From Octopus sinensis (Eukaryota), in the NCBI RefSeq assembly GCF_006345805.1, contig NC_043009.1, positions 13,268,001 to 13,332,000 of the forward strand: a stretch of DNA of 64,000 nt. The letters run 5' to 3'. The notes below the pieces were generated by a model. The model saw nothing but the letters and a program-made list of their open reading frames with translations, ran no database searches and was not told where the DNA came from. Shown one piece after another: positions 37,048-49,002 of this stretch. Position numbers and translations under genes: made by a program. Position 1 is the stretch's first letter, and each line of letters opens with the position of its first letter.

Positions 37048-38480
37048 GGTAGCAATGGATTTAGCAAGTTAATTCCACGAGCAAGCAGCTCCGTTGATCC
37101 AATCAGCTGGAACCGTCGTTGTCGATGCCGTGCCGGTAGATCTTGCGAATAAATCATATATTCTTTGTTAGCTTAACATAATTATTAAAATAGAAGTTTC
37201 TTTGTTCACTACAGACACAAGGATTGTTTACCTCACCTTAAACGAGAGTACCTATACTTATAATTTCTTCAGTCAAATGTGCGATGTTAAAATATACAAA
37301 ATATACAAAATCACGTATTTGTGTGTGCTTTGAATGTGTGTGTGTCTTCTAATCTAGACATATTCTTAAACACCTCAGTAATGTACCTATGTATATTTTG
37401 CGGGGATTACACGTGTTCTTAATTTTTGCTTTTGCTCACATAAGTTGAGGCGACTTTCCAAAATATGTTTTAAACTTTTCGAATAAAAGTAATTCATATT
37501 TCACAACATATTATTTCATTAGTATTTAGAAATGTATGCTTTGGGTTAATTTCCATTTAATTTGAATAAGTTTCACTCTTCTGTATGAGATTGTTCAAAA
37601 ATAAATTAATATTATTTGTATCTTATTCTGTACCATAGTTCTCGCATTCATTAGAACTTCTGGCTAGATATGTAATACAAAGCATTATTTTTCTCCCTTG
37701 ACTAGGAGCACTGGTTGTTTTTTATTAATTTTGTATCGATACACAAAGAACAGAATTCTGTATACAATGAACACAGCTAATTTAACAAGTTACGTATTTT
37801 AGCAAAACCAAAGAAAATTGATAATTAAATTAACATTTCAATAAATGTTGACCTCAGTTGATGAATTAATATTTTGTCAATTTGCTATTCAGAAATTCAA
37901 AAACATTTGCCTATGGAAGAAATTTATATTTAGAAATTCAAAAGAATGGCAGCATTTCATTATGGATCTTCAAGCCTACGTTTAAAATCCCATTCCGTCC
38001 AGTCTTGACTGTGATTCTTCAGTGTTTGAGAAAAGACTTAGTCAAATACTGGTTTGATTTAATAGCTAAACGCCTTGTGATATTTAGTTATTTAGTTTAT
38101 TTTCTGGACAGAAATCTTGCGATGCCCGTCTAGATTTCATCCTGTAGATTTAATAACAACAAATATCAGTCAATTACTGTACCATTACCCTAAGACCTCA
38201 GAGCTTGTGACTAATTAAGAAGTATGTAAATATATATAGAAAGACAAATTAAGGAGAGGGATGTATAGTATTCTTTTGGTATACTGCTCACTTATCCTCC
38301 CAGATTCCTATTCTGATATGGGAAAAGATTTCCTAGTGAAACCAATCGAACGTTTGAATACTCATCCTTATGTTAGATAACGATATCTAGTGGTATTTCG
38401 TGGATAGAACAGTGGGAGTCTCGAAGAAATAACTGAAAATATTACACAAATATGATGTTACGCTAATATTATATTCTGTT

Positions 38481-38670
38481 AAGGCAGCAAGCTTAAACAG
38501 CATTTCGCCCGTCTTTACGTTCTGGGTTCAAATTCTGTCAAACTCGTATTCCCTTTCATCTTTCGGGGTTGATAAAAGAAGTAACAGTTGAACACCGCGG
38601 TCGATGTACGCGATTTAACCCCCCCCCCACACACACACACCGAAATGACTGACCTTGTGTAAAAATTTTA
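38481..38670 (+). mobile_element. SINE family B, tail type B2 (diverged)
   Basis: aaggcagcaagc head, ggttcaaattc B box, gataaaagaagta core. Confidence 0.75.
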
Positions 38671-38776
38671 AACTACTGTTAAATTCTTTTGAGAAAAAAA
38701 CAAACAGAAGGATGATTTGCAGTCAAATTTTAATGGTCTTAGAATAGTACCTGTAAATATTTTGTTTGTAAACATA

Positions 38777-39183
38777 GGCGCAGGAGTGGCTGTGTGGTAA
38801 GTAGCTGGCTAACCAACCACATGGTTCCGGGTTCAGTCCCACTGCGTGGCATCTTGGGTAAGTGTCTTCTGCTATAGCCCCGGGCTGACCAATGCCTTGT
38901 GAGTGGATTTGGTAGACGGATACTGAAAGAAGCCTGTCGTATATATGTGTATATATATATGTGTGTGTGTCTGTGTTTGTCCCCCTAGCATTGCTTGACA
39001 ACCGATCGTGGTGTGTTTACGTCTCCGTCACTTAGCGGTTCGGCAAAAGAGACCGATAAGAATAAGTACTGGGCTTACAAAGAATAAGTTCCGGGGTCGA
39101 TTTGCTCGACTAAAGGCGGTGCTCCAGCATGGCCGCAGTCAAATGACTGAAACATGTAAAAGAGTAAAAGAGAGTAAAAGAGT
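38777..39183 (+). mobile_element. SINE family A, full length (reference copy)
   Basis: A box tggctgtgtgg, B box ggttcagtccc, tail ggcggtgctccagcatggccgcagtcaaatgactgaaac plus (agtaaaag)n. Confidence 0.95.
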
Positions 39184-39191
39184 ATACAGTT

Positions 39192-39533
39192 TGTAAAGCC
39201 AGAAATGTAGTCTATAGTATAAGATGTATAGAGGGACGATGCAGTAACAAGACAACGACATACGTAGGGGAAACGTCAAGAAGCATAGGAGAGCGGGTAA
39301 ATGTACATTGGAGAGAACTCAAGGAAGGTACAAGTTCATCGATTCTGTACCAACACGCTGAACAGGAACACGGGGGATCAATCAACAACATAGAAATTAA
39401 AATATTGTCCAGACATAGAACAGATGCAACAATCAGACAAATTACAGAAGCTACACACATAATAGGAAATAAACCTAGCCTGAATAGGAAACTAGAATGG
39501 AACACTAGCACACACCACAACATATCACGGTAG
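39192..39533 (+). CDS. GIY-YIG endonuclease domain of a PLE, uninterrupted 113 codons, 5'-truncated (no ATG, so missed by the ORF track)
   Basis: CKARNVVYSIRCIEGRCSNKTTTYVGETSRSIGERVNVHWRELKEGTSSSILYQHAEQEHGG...RQITEATHIIGNKPSLNRKLEW*. Confidence 0.85.
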   Translation, partial: CKARNVVYSIRCIEGRCSNKTTTYVGETSRSIGERVNVHWRELKEGTSSSILYQHAEQEHGGSINNIEIKILSRHRTDATIRQITEATHIIGNKPSLNRKLEWNTSTHHNISR

Positions 39534-39950
39534 AGGATCCCAATAAACTGGTTACAATATAAACAAAACCGAAAACATAATAAATAAAATACACAGATAA
39601 ATAAACAAACAGAAATAAATAACTATATAAGTTTTGTTTTTTAATTTAAAATATTTTTATTTATTTATTATTATTATTATTACTAGTATTGTTGTTATAC
39701 ATACAAGCATATGTAATGATAATAATAAGTGGATGTAAACACATGAACAAAATAAGAATAAACATAAACAACAACAAAAACAAATTACATGAACGTATAT
39801 AAACAGAAGATACAAATATTACAAGCATCCCCACCACACATACGCACTAAATAAACATAGACGCGCATGCGCAAATGAAGACATACAATAGAAATACAAG
39901 ATGGCTGACGGTTAGTAAGGAGAGACACAAATAAGAAAGAAGAAAACAAA

Positions 39951-39995
39951 GGACCACTGATGAGGTCACAGGAGTGTGACGAAAGAACTCTGGCC
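39951..39995 (+). ncRNA. Minimal type I hammerhead ribozyme (PLE-associated)
   Basis: gg(a)cca-CUGAUGA-G-[GUCACA ggag UGUGAC]-GAAA-G aa C-UC/uggcc; predicted cleavage after C39990. Confidence 0.8.
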
Positions 39996-40191
39996 GAAAT
40001 AAGATTAAGATTAATGTAAAAAATAAATAACACTGAAGCAAAATAACACCAAATATATAGTGCGTGTGTTTTTATTGGCTAAACTGGCAAAATGACCATT
40101 CCAAAGTATAACAATATCTGTTTCAACACACGACTTCACATAAAAAATCTTGCACAACAAATTTATAAACGTACTATATATATATATATAT

Positions 40192-40731
40192 ATCCAGAAT
40201 TGAGTCACCCCAGAGGACTCTCACTAAACAAATTGAAGGCATGGCTGCTCTCGACTATTGGGATCGCCTTAAAGCCTTGAAACTTTACTCCCTCCAGCAT
40301 CGCCGTGAGCGGTACATCATTTGTACGATGTGGAAAATATACCGCCAACTTTGCCCAAACGACCTAAACATTAGCTTCAAGGTTCATCCGAGACTTGGAC
40401 CACGGGCTATACGTCCCCTGCCAAATTCAAGATCACAACATACATGTACACTGCAACATAATTTCTTTTCCTCAACAGGCCCTGCCCTATTTAACATTGT
40501 CCCGAGGGAGATCAAAGAGGAAAAGGATCCCATCAACTTCAAACAGAGTCTGGATAGATTCCTTCAAAGAATACCAGATAAGCCACCCATAATTGGATAC
40601 AACTCACCCAACAAGAACTCACTACTTGAACAAAACTTGGCTTAAACAGGATTCGAATAATCCTATCAGGTGGTGCTATTAAGTTAGACATGGCCTGGAC
40701 CAATCTCTGGTCGAAACATAACTTTCATCTA

Positions 40732-40735
<4 letters not shown>
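40192..40735 (+). mobile_element. CR1-group LINE 3' end (5'-truncated)
   Basis: LDYWDRLKALKLYSLQHRRERYII...GPALFNIVPREIK...FKQSLDRFLQRIPDKP; tail catggcctg-GACCA atctc TGGTC-gaaaca. Confidence 0.88.
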
Positions 40736-40786
<51 letters not shown>

Positions 40787-40868
40787 ATATATATATATAT
40801 ATATTATATATATATATATAATATATATATGTATATATATATATATAATATATATATATATGTATATA

Positions 40869-40915
<47 letters not shown>

Positions 40916-40965
40916 GTATTTATATACATACATATATCTATATTTATCTATCTATCTATATATCT
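40736..40965. repeat. (TA)n microsatellite
   Basis: Direct reading. Confidence 0.95.
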
Positions 40966-40966
40966 A

Positions 40967-41040
40967 TATGGCCTAGTGGTTAGGGAGTTGCACTCACGAT
41001 CGTGGTTTCAGTTCCTGGATCAGGTAGTGTATTGTTGGTT
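40967..41040 (+). mobile_element. Isolated tRNA-like SINE head (family C-like)
   Basis: atggcctagtggttaggg A box; diverged B box. Confidence 0.55.
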
Positions 41041-41384
41041 AATATGAAATTATATTTTTTTAATGGATAGGGTTGGTATTGCTTTGGCTTCACAAAATAA
41101 AGAATTCATCTAATTTGGTTCCACATACAATTTTTTGTTGTTGTGCGTATAAGTATTCTTTTCAATTATATCATTTATCTAGAATAACATATAAATTTTG
41201 ATATATTTCAATCAGCATGATTTTATATACATTTCTGAGATATTTAAACATAGAAATTTTAATACAATTGCTCTCTACGACAACGTATTTTTCCAGATAC
41301 ATCACTAATTACATCATCCTTTGGGTATTAAACATTGGAATTCGGGGGTCAGCATCTTTGTATGGTTACAAAGGTGTAGCTTTG

Positions 41385-41550
41385 TGATTAAGTAGCTAGG
41401 TTTGCAACTGCGTCGTTTACGGTTCTGTTTCACACTGAAGCGTCTTCAAAACAAAATATCTGATGACATGGTCTCGAAATGACCACGGCCTGGCGAGTGA
41501 TATTTGGTTAGCGGAAACTTTATGAAAGCTAGTCGGATAATCCATACTTG
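41385..41550 (+). mobile_element. Old, diverged SINE family A 5' half
   Basis: Colinear with the family A head through cggaaact. Confidence 0.5.
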
Positions 41551-41839
41551 TTTTGGGGTGAAATATTGAATTGTCCATCGCTTTTAAGGCCATTATTTGA
41601 CCGTCAAATACATTTAGCAATGTCTACTCTGCTGAGGCACTCGGTTAGTGTTCCACTCTGCAGATAAGCTCTTTCTCATGGCTATTAGTATACGGGGCCT
41701 TGAAAAACAATATGAGAGCGACCACTTGTACTGTGAATAATCCATGAACCAATTTGCAACCTTCATTCCAGGATATTGCCGTGCTGTCCAATACTAGTTT
41801 CTTATGACATTTCTAATTATCAATATATTATACTGTTTT

Positions 41840-42045
41840 GAGGCGACGAGCTGTCAGAATCGTTAGCAAACCGGGTAAGATATTTACCGGTGTTTCATCC
41901 GTCTTCAAGTTCTGAGATAAAATTCTGCGGAAATGGTTTTTGCATTTTATCACTAGGTGTCGATAAAATAAGTACCATTTGAACACTGGGTCGAGGTAAT
42001 CAACCTATCCCCTCTCTCACAATTGCTGTCATTATGCCAGGTCAT
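41840..42045 (+). mobile_element. SINE family B (diverged, B2 tail)
   Basis: gaggcgacgagctgtcagaatcgttagc head; gtcgataaaataagtacc core. Confidence 0.75.
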
Positions 42046-42290
42046 ATTATTACATATGGGTATTTGGTTCCTTGTAGTTTGAAAGTATTAGACCTATCAT
42101 TACTTCTACAAGTTATATTACATTTATTGTTTCCATCTTATTGTTGCTAGTGTTCTGGTTGACATCAGCGATGGTTATCATACTAATTTTGCTGCTGCTA
42201 CAATTGTTCCTTGTCGTAGTATAATATTTTGGTCAAAATCAAAGAACGAATGGAGACCGAATATAGACGATCTATATCTTTGTTAGCAAA

Positions 42291-42475
42291 AAGGCAGCGA
42301 GCAGGCAGAACTGTTTGTGCTTGAAGGCATTTCTTCTGGCATGACGTCTAAGTTCAATTTCCGCCAATGTCGACCTTACCTTTCATCCCTTCGGATAAAA
42401 TAAGTACCAGTTGAGCACTGGAATCGAGAAACCCCCACCTACCATGTTTCAGACCTTATGTCTAAAGCAGAGAGA
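42291..42475 (+). mobile_element. SINE family B (diverged, B2 tail)
   Basis: aaggcagcgagcaggcagaa head; ttcatcccttcggataaaataagtaccag. Confidence 0.75.
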
Positions 42476-43261
42476 ATATTCTGTGGTGTCTGGGGAGAGA
42501 ATATTATTGTTAGCAATAATGTATTAGACTAGAGCTATTTGTATAAAATGATATTAAAACAAGCGTGTTTCTAATATTTCTACTAATTCTCCTAAAAGGA
42601 AAGCGTATTCAGCGTTAAATACATCAAGTTTCAGAGTGCACCTCCTCTCCAAAGAAGAAAATAAATAAATTAACACTAACATGCAGACAGTCATAGCAAG
42701 AAATATAAATGACACACTATTCCAAACTTCTACTGCGGGTGTATAAAACAGCCGAGAAGAGTAAGTCATCAGTAGAATCCAAATACGCATAAAATTTTCA
42801 AGTCCTATTGATTCTCGGGAATGTGTGGCAGAGAGAATGAAGAGCTATTTATTTCTCTTTAGGTTTTCTTGCATGAGTTACACATTTTATTAAGACTATC
42901 AAACTATCAATGCGAAGAATGTTAAGATAACTATCGATCACGCATCAAATACAAAAATATCTAAAGACCTGAGAGAATCAATGTCGAAAGTAATGTTCCA
43001 ATAATTTTTTTTGTTTTAATTTATATATTTTTTAATAATGTCTGGCAAAGTATTACTGCTGATCTGTTGGACTCGCAGTTAGACATGATTCTGTGGTATA
43101 TTCTGCACAACTGAAAGGTTAACTTGCATAAACATTTCCTATGACTTTTGTTTGTATTTTGAATAAATAAATTTCATTATATTAATATAGTTTTTAAAGT
43201 TTATTTTTGAATCATGATCATACTCATGATAATTAGCGCCATCAAGGTAATCCATATTCTA

Positions 43262-43279
43262 ATGTAGAATGTTCTCCGT

Positions 43280-43320
<41 letters not shown>

Positions 43321-43330
43321 TATCGCCATT
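43262..43330. repeat. (CAT)n microsatellite
   Basis: Direct reading. Confidence 0.95.
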
Positions 43331-43431
43331 GTCGATGTCGTCAGCGTCATCACTATTGCCTTCTTCTGCTATTTTTTAGTTTTCCTTTTCTTCTTCTTCA
43401 CAACAACAGCAGCTACAGTTACAATAACAAT

Positions 43432-43826
43432 ATGGTTTCAAATTTCGGAATAAGCCCAGCAATATCGGGGAAGGGGTACGCTGATTGCATCGACTCCAGT
43501 GCTCAATTCGGATTTATTTTATCGACACGGGAAGGAAGAGAGGTATAGTCGGCCTGGGTGGAATTTGAACGCAGAACGTAAGGCCGGACGAAATACCTAT
43601 TTCTTCACTACCCACAAGGGGCTAGACACAGAAAGGACAAACAAGGACAGACAAACGGACTAAGTCGATTACATCGACCCCAGTGCGTAACTGGTGCTTA
43701 TTTAATCGCTCCCGAAAGGATGAAAGTCAAAGTCAACCTCGACGGAACTTGAACTCAGAACGTAACAGCAGACGAAATACCACTAAATATTTCGCCCGGC
43801 GTGCTAACGTTTCTGCCAGCTCACCA
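43432..43826 (-). mobile_element. SINE B dimer: full B1 copy (43597-43826) fused to a head-truncated B2 copy (43432-43596)
   Basis: Both reverse complements align to family B; the junction is at gaaatacc|tatttc. Confidence 0.85.
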
Positions 43827-43857
43827 GTAGTAATATCATCATCATCATCAGCAGCAA

Positions 43858-43874
43858 CAGTAGTAGTAGTAGTA

Positions 43875-43922
<48 letters not shown>
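43858..43922. repeat. (AGT)n microsatellite
   Basis: Direct reading. Confidence 0.95.
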
Positions 43923-43923
<1 letters not shown>

Positions 43924-44256
43924 CTAAATAAACATTAACATATAGCGTACCTAAGTCACGAAGTCAGTATTAAAACCATGAACGTCAATCTACTTTCCTC
44001 AAAATATCATGGCTGAAAGAATGAGAGGACACTACAGCAGAATGTAGTTTCCTTCCTGTTTGTATAGACTTCTGCCGGATGTATTGATGTCGGTTAAATT
44101 AATATTTTGGATGGAAATTTAAGAGTATATTTAATAATAACACCGAATGTTTGAATACCCAAAGTCATTGAGAAGTGGCGGCAAAAATAAAATTTGTGCA
44201 GTGCTGAATGAAAACTAATAATAAAACAGCTGGGCCTGACTTGATTCTAAACGCGT

Positions 44257-44653
44257 TACTCTTTTACTCTTTTACTTGTTTCAGTCATTTGACTGCGGCC
44301 ATGCTGGAGCACCGCCTTTAGTCGAGCAAGTCGACCCCAGGACTTATTCTTTGTAAACTTAGCACTTATTCTATCGGTGTCTTTTGCCGAACTGCTAAGT
44401 TACAGGGACGTAAATACAACACCATCTGTTGTCAAGCGATGTTCGGTGGACAAACACACACACACACACACAAACACACATACATATATACGATGGGCTT
44501 CTTTCAGTTTCCGTCTACCAAATCCACTCACAAGGCTTTGGTCGGCCCGAGGCTATAGTAGAGGGCACTTGCCCAAGGTGCCACGCAGTGGGACTGAACC
44601 CAGAACCATGTGGTTGGTAAGCAAGCTACCTACCACACAGCCACTCCTGCGCC
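44257..44653 (-). mobile_element. SINE family A, full length
   Basis: Reverse complement aligns with 38777-39183. Confidence 0.93.
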
Positions 44654-45300
44654 GTTAAACTCTGAAAATGTAGAAAGGAAAGAAACCTTATACTGAGATC
44701 ACAGTCGACAACATTTTTAACATACACTAAACAATATACATAACAGAAAACAATGACAATTTTGTACCTGCATAGTGGCAGATGAAACTGGCTGTTCTGC
44801 ATCTTGCATCTGATGTCACAGTGCAGCATATTTTACTGTCAAGTTACTTTACACCGCCTTCCAATAACATCTCCCAATTATTTCCCTTTGTATGTATATA
44901 ACTCGCAAACTGCACTCTTTACGCCTATTAATCAATCAATCGATATCTGCGTGCGTCTTTGTGTATGTGTGCGCGTGTGTTCGTCTGTGCGTGTCTCAGA
45001 GTGTGTTTGTGTGAGTGTCTGGTAATATGTATGTGTGTGCGTATGTGTGCGTGCGTACACGTGTGTGTTTTGAATAATAATATTTCGAATGAGACACAAA
45101 AAAACAATTAACCAATATTTCGTACTTCACATAAATCATTGTATATCCAAAATCCAATCGAGTGTTAAATATTATGTGCACACCATTTTTTTTTGGTATT
45201 ATGTACATTTGAATATTTTACCGAATGTCATATCTAAGAGTAAAATGCAAAAAGAGTGTCAATTTAAATTCTTTATTATAACACCAAAAAATATATATCT

Positions 45301-45531
45301 ATATTTCTTTACTACCCACAAGGGGCTAAACGCAGAGAGGACAAACAAGGACAGACAAACGGATTAAGTCGATTACATCGACTCCAGTGCGTAACAGGTA
45401 CTTAATTGATCGACCCCGAAAGGATGAAAGGCAAAGTCGACCTCGGCGGGATTTGAACTCAGAACGTAACGGCAGATGAAATACCGTTAGCATTTCGCCC
45501 GACGTGCTAACGTTTCTGCCAGCTCGCCGCC
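45301..45531 (-). mobile_element. SINE family B, B1 tail
   Basis: Homologous to 12425-12658. Confidence 0.92.
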
Positions 45532-45544
45532 TCTCCAAAAATAT

Positions 45545-45778
45545 ATATTTCTTTATTGCCCACAAGGAGCTAAACGCAGAGGGGACAAACAAGGACAGAC
45601 AAACGGATTAAGTCGATCACATCGACACCAGTGCGTAACAGGTACTTAAATTATCGACCCCGAAAGGATGAAAGACAAAGTCAACCTCGGCGGAATTTGA
45701 AATCACAACGTAATGGCAGACGAAATACGGCTACGCATTTCGCCCGGCGTGCTAACGTTTCTGCTAGCTCGCCGCCTC
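45545..45778 (-). mobile_element. SINE family B, B1 tail (tandem with the previous copy)
   Basis: Homologous to 12425-12658. Confidence 0.92.
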
Positions 45779-45882
45779 TCCCAAAATATAACCTTTACAC
45801 GTATTTCAGTAGTGAACGAATGCTAACACGTTGTGTGGTATTCGTTCCGTGGAAGTGTGCATAAAATTGAAACACCTACTTT

Positions 45883-46052
45883 TATATATATATACATACA
45901 TATATATATGTATATACATATATGTATGTATGCATGTATATATGTATGTATACATATGTACATATATGTATATATATGCACTCATATATATATATATATA
46001 ATATATATATATATACACACACATTCATACATATCTATTTATCTATCTATCT

Positions 46053-46117
<65 letters not shown>

Positions 46118-46118
46118 A

Positions 46119-46164
<46 letters not shown>

Positions 46165-46215
46165 ATATATATTAATAAAAGAAATAAAACATATGCATAT
46201 ATATAAACATATATG
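45883..46215. repeat. (TA)n/(TATG)n microsatellite
   Basis: Direct reading. Confidence 0.95.
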
Positions 46216-46249
46216 TACGTACCTACCTCTACATGTACATATACACGCA

Positions 46250-46670
46250 TATATGAGTACAGGACACCAAAGGGACGTTGAACACATAGAGAATCGAAAA
46301 CATAGACACAAACCAAAGGAACAGGACATTTTTTTAAAAACAACAAAAAATGGAGTACAGGACAGTTAACACAACGAAAAAACCCCTTCTTCAGTCGCTA
46401 AGGTTCCATCTACTCTACGTTTCGAAGGATAAAAGCGAGACGTATCTTCGACAAGAAACTTTCCTTCCTGCGAAAAGCAAATCAATTAAATTTCTGAGAT
46501 CTTTTCGCAGAGGGGTAAAAAATGGTAAAAAGATGGTAAAAAACGAGACAGTAACGACAGTACAAAAATATAAACAGTAAAAAAATATATATAACAGTAA
46601 AAGACAGGACAGGGAGAACAAGATAAGAAGAGCTGTTGACGCCGAACGAAAAAAGTATTGCAAACGCTAA
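46250..46670 (-). mobile_element. Penelope-like terminal fragment
   Basis: Homologous to 17411-17750 and 6667-6830; contains cgaaacgtag and ctgaaga motifs. Confidence 0.55.
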
Positions 46671-46695
46671 TTTTTTTATTTAAAAAAAATTTTTT

Positions 46696-46739
<44 letters not shown>

Positions 46740-47095
46740 CATACATATGAATATATATATACATACATGAGCATGTCTAGATATGCAACTATATGCATCA
46801 GAATAGATGGCAAATTAATTTATTTTGCACATTGATACAGAAACTCGAGTCTAAGGGTAGCTCCAAAAATATTTTTATTTTCATTCCCTTTGAAATTGCT
46901 CTTATTTGTGGTTTGGGCTTTAACTGCCCTTTCTAGCATGGAAGGTGTTCTCTTAAAGTTAATCTCTTTCGTGTGTGAATCCGTAAATTGTTGGTATACT
47001 ATTCTATATATACATATACTTTTTGTTCTCTCTCATATATATATGTAAATATACACACACACACTCTTATATATATATATATATATGTGTGTGTG

Positions 47096-47182
<87 letters not shown>

Positions 47183-47704
47183 ATATGCATGCATCGTACA
47201 CATCGTAGCTTTTATATTTTTATATCTCTTATTATAAAAGGCAGATTTTATCTGCCTCCCTTTGGGAGTTATACAAATCTACAATATAGGATTTCTTCAA
47301 TTACAATTTACCTAGCATTTTTAAGAGTACAATGCATCGCGTCATGCCAGGTCCAGTTTTTTAAATTTAAACTCCAATTAAGCAAAATTTACAGAAAACT
47401 CACATTCTGGTGTGTGTGTCAAATGCTTTTCTTAGTCTGGTTTACAGCACACGCAAACGCACACACACACTGTGTAACGAATAAAGTGAAACTAGATGTA
47501 ATATTTGTTTCTGTCTATCACGCTGATAGATACATGAGTAAAATGTATGGGAAGCTAACAAATAAGAGTGAGTGAAAATGTTCTTAGAAGAGAGTAAATT
47601 TGAAGCTTGAGAACAATCAGATACATTTGCAACACATCTGTTGAAAATATTATTGTTCACACACATACATATACATATATACATACAGACAGACAGACAG
47701 ATAG

Positions 47705-47736
<32 letters not shown>

Positions 47737-47857
47737 GATCCAGCATGGCCACAACCTCAAGGCTGAAACATATAAAAGAATAACAGAATATAAATGTGTG
47801 CATGTGTGTGAGAGAAAGTGTGTGTGTGTATATGTATGTATGTATGTATATATATAT

Positions 47858-48450
47858 AATAATGCGGTTTTTTTCAACAGCTTGAACTAAAAGTCAGAGG
47901 GGAATGGGATAAACTACTTATATTAACTTGCTATAAAAGCAGGTAGTAATTTTATCTTGTCCTTATTCATAGTGCAAGTTTTGAAGAGTGCATTTCGATT
48001 TTAACAGCTATTTTTTTCAAAGCTATGTTGGAAGTAACAAAGGAGCATATTTGGCATATTTTGCTTTATGAGTTCAATAAAGACAACAACGCAACGGAAA
48101 GTACAAGAAATATTAATGCAGTATATGGGGATTGGACAATAAGCGTAAGGCAGTGTCAATGGTGGTTCCAGAAATTCCGAGCCATAAACTACAGCCTAGA
48201 AGACGAGCCTCATCCTGAAAGATCTGTAGAACTCGACAAGGACATCCTGAAAACCCTGGTGGAACAAAATCTCATCGTAACTGTTGAGGAACTAGCAGAG
48301 AAGCTTGAATTTGGTCATTCAACCATTCATTGAGACCTGTGTGCTATCGGAAAAGTCAGCAAATTGGGTCAATGGGTTCCTCACGAACTTTCCGAGTCTA
48401 ATTGCATGCAGAGAGTGAATGTATGCTTTTCTTTGCTGTCACATCTCACC
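47858..48450 (+). mobile_element. mariner 5' fragment (HTH region, premature stop)
   Basis: MLEVTKEHIWHILLYEFNK..NATESTRNINAVYG...WFQKFR...LEDEP..R; continues GKVSKLGQWVPHEL after a TGA. Confidence 0.85.
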
Positions 48451-48468
48451 ACTACTGCGCTATGTATA

Positions 48469-49002
48469 TCTATATATATAAAACTGTAGTTGTGTGAGTG
48501 TCTGTCCCCTTCGATTTAGATTCCTAACTACTCCCACATTTTGCGGTGCAGTTTAACCAAATTCGGGTAGCTTATAGTCGTGATTCATATCGAGCCCGTC
48601 TGAGTATTAGCGCGCGTCTACGATGAGTCTACGATTTTAAAAATAATTTAACATCATTTTTTATTCCATTTTAATGCATAATTTTTCGTGTGTCGATGGC
48701 GGCGGAGTTGGCGTCCACGCTCACACCTGCACCTGTGGGGAAGGGAGTGTAAGGAAATCAACGTCGTAATGCGTTGTCAAGGAGACCAGCGTTCTTTTAG
48801 AACAACGACTTCATGGCTTGAAGACACCAAAACAGAAATGGCTAAGAAAGCGTCTACATGAGTCAACGATTAAAAAAAAATTTACCATCATATTTTTTCC
48901 CTTTTTAATGCATTTTTTGCTATTTTTTGGCTATAACTCTCTAAAAATGCTTATATAGTTATTTCCCTTACAAACCCGAGCAACGCCGGGCGATACTGCT
49001 AG
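48469..49002 (+). mobile_element. Non-autonomous Helitron (534 bp)
   Basis: 5' TC terminus (TCTATATATATAAAAC), 3' hairpin CCCGAGCAACGCCGGG (48975-48990) followed 8 nt later by CTAG; inserted between A and T with no TSD. Confidence 0.85.

Larger units (their letters stand above)
39183..40175 (+). mobile_element. Penelope-like element 3' end: GIY-YIG ORF, A-rich UTR, hammerhead and pLTR ORF start
   Basis: See the GIY-YIG CDS and ribozyme entries; ATG at 40092 reads MTIPKYNNICFNTRLHIKNLAQQIYKR before truncation by (TA)n. Confidence 0.85.

Noticed and set aside
38777-38850. tRNA gene calls for SINE heads (also 12590-12658 and 50624-50700)
   Set aside because: A and B boxes are present but there is no complete cloverleaf, and each continues into a multi-copy SINE body.
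41460-41485. CTGATGA...GAAA hammerhead-like string
   Set aside because: It lies within a diverged SINE A head, stem II cannot form between the boxes, and there is no stem III or UH site.
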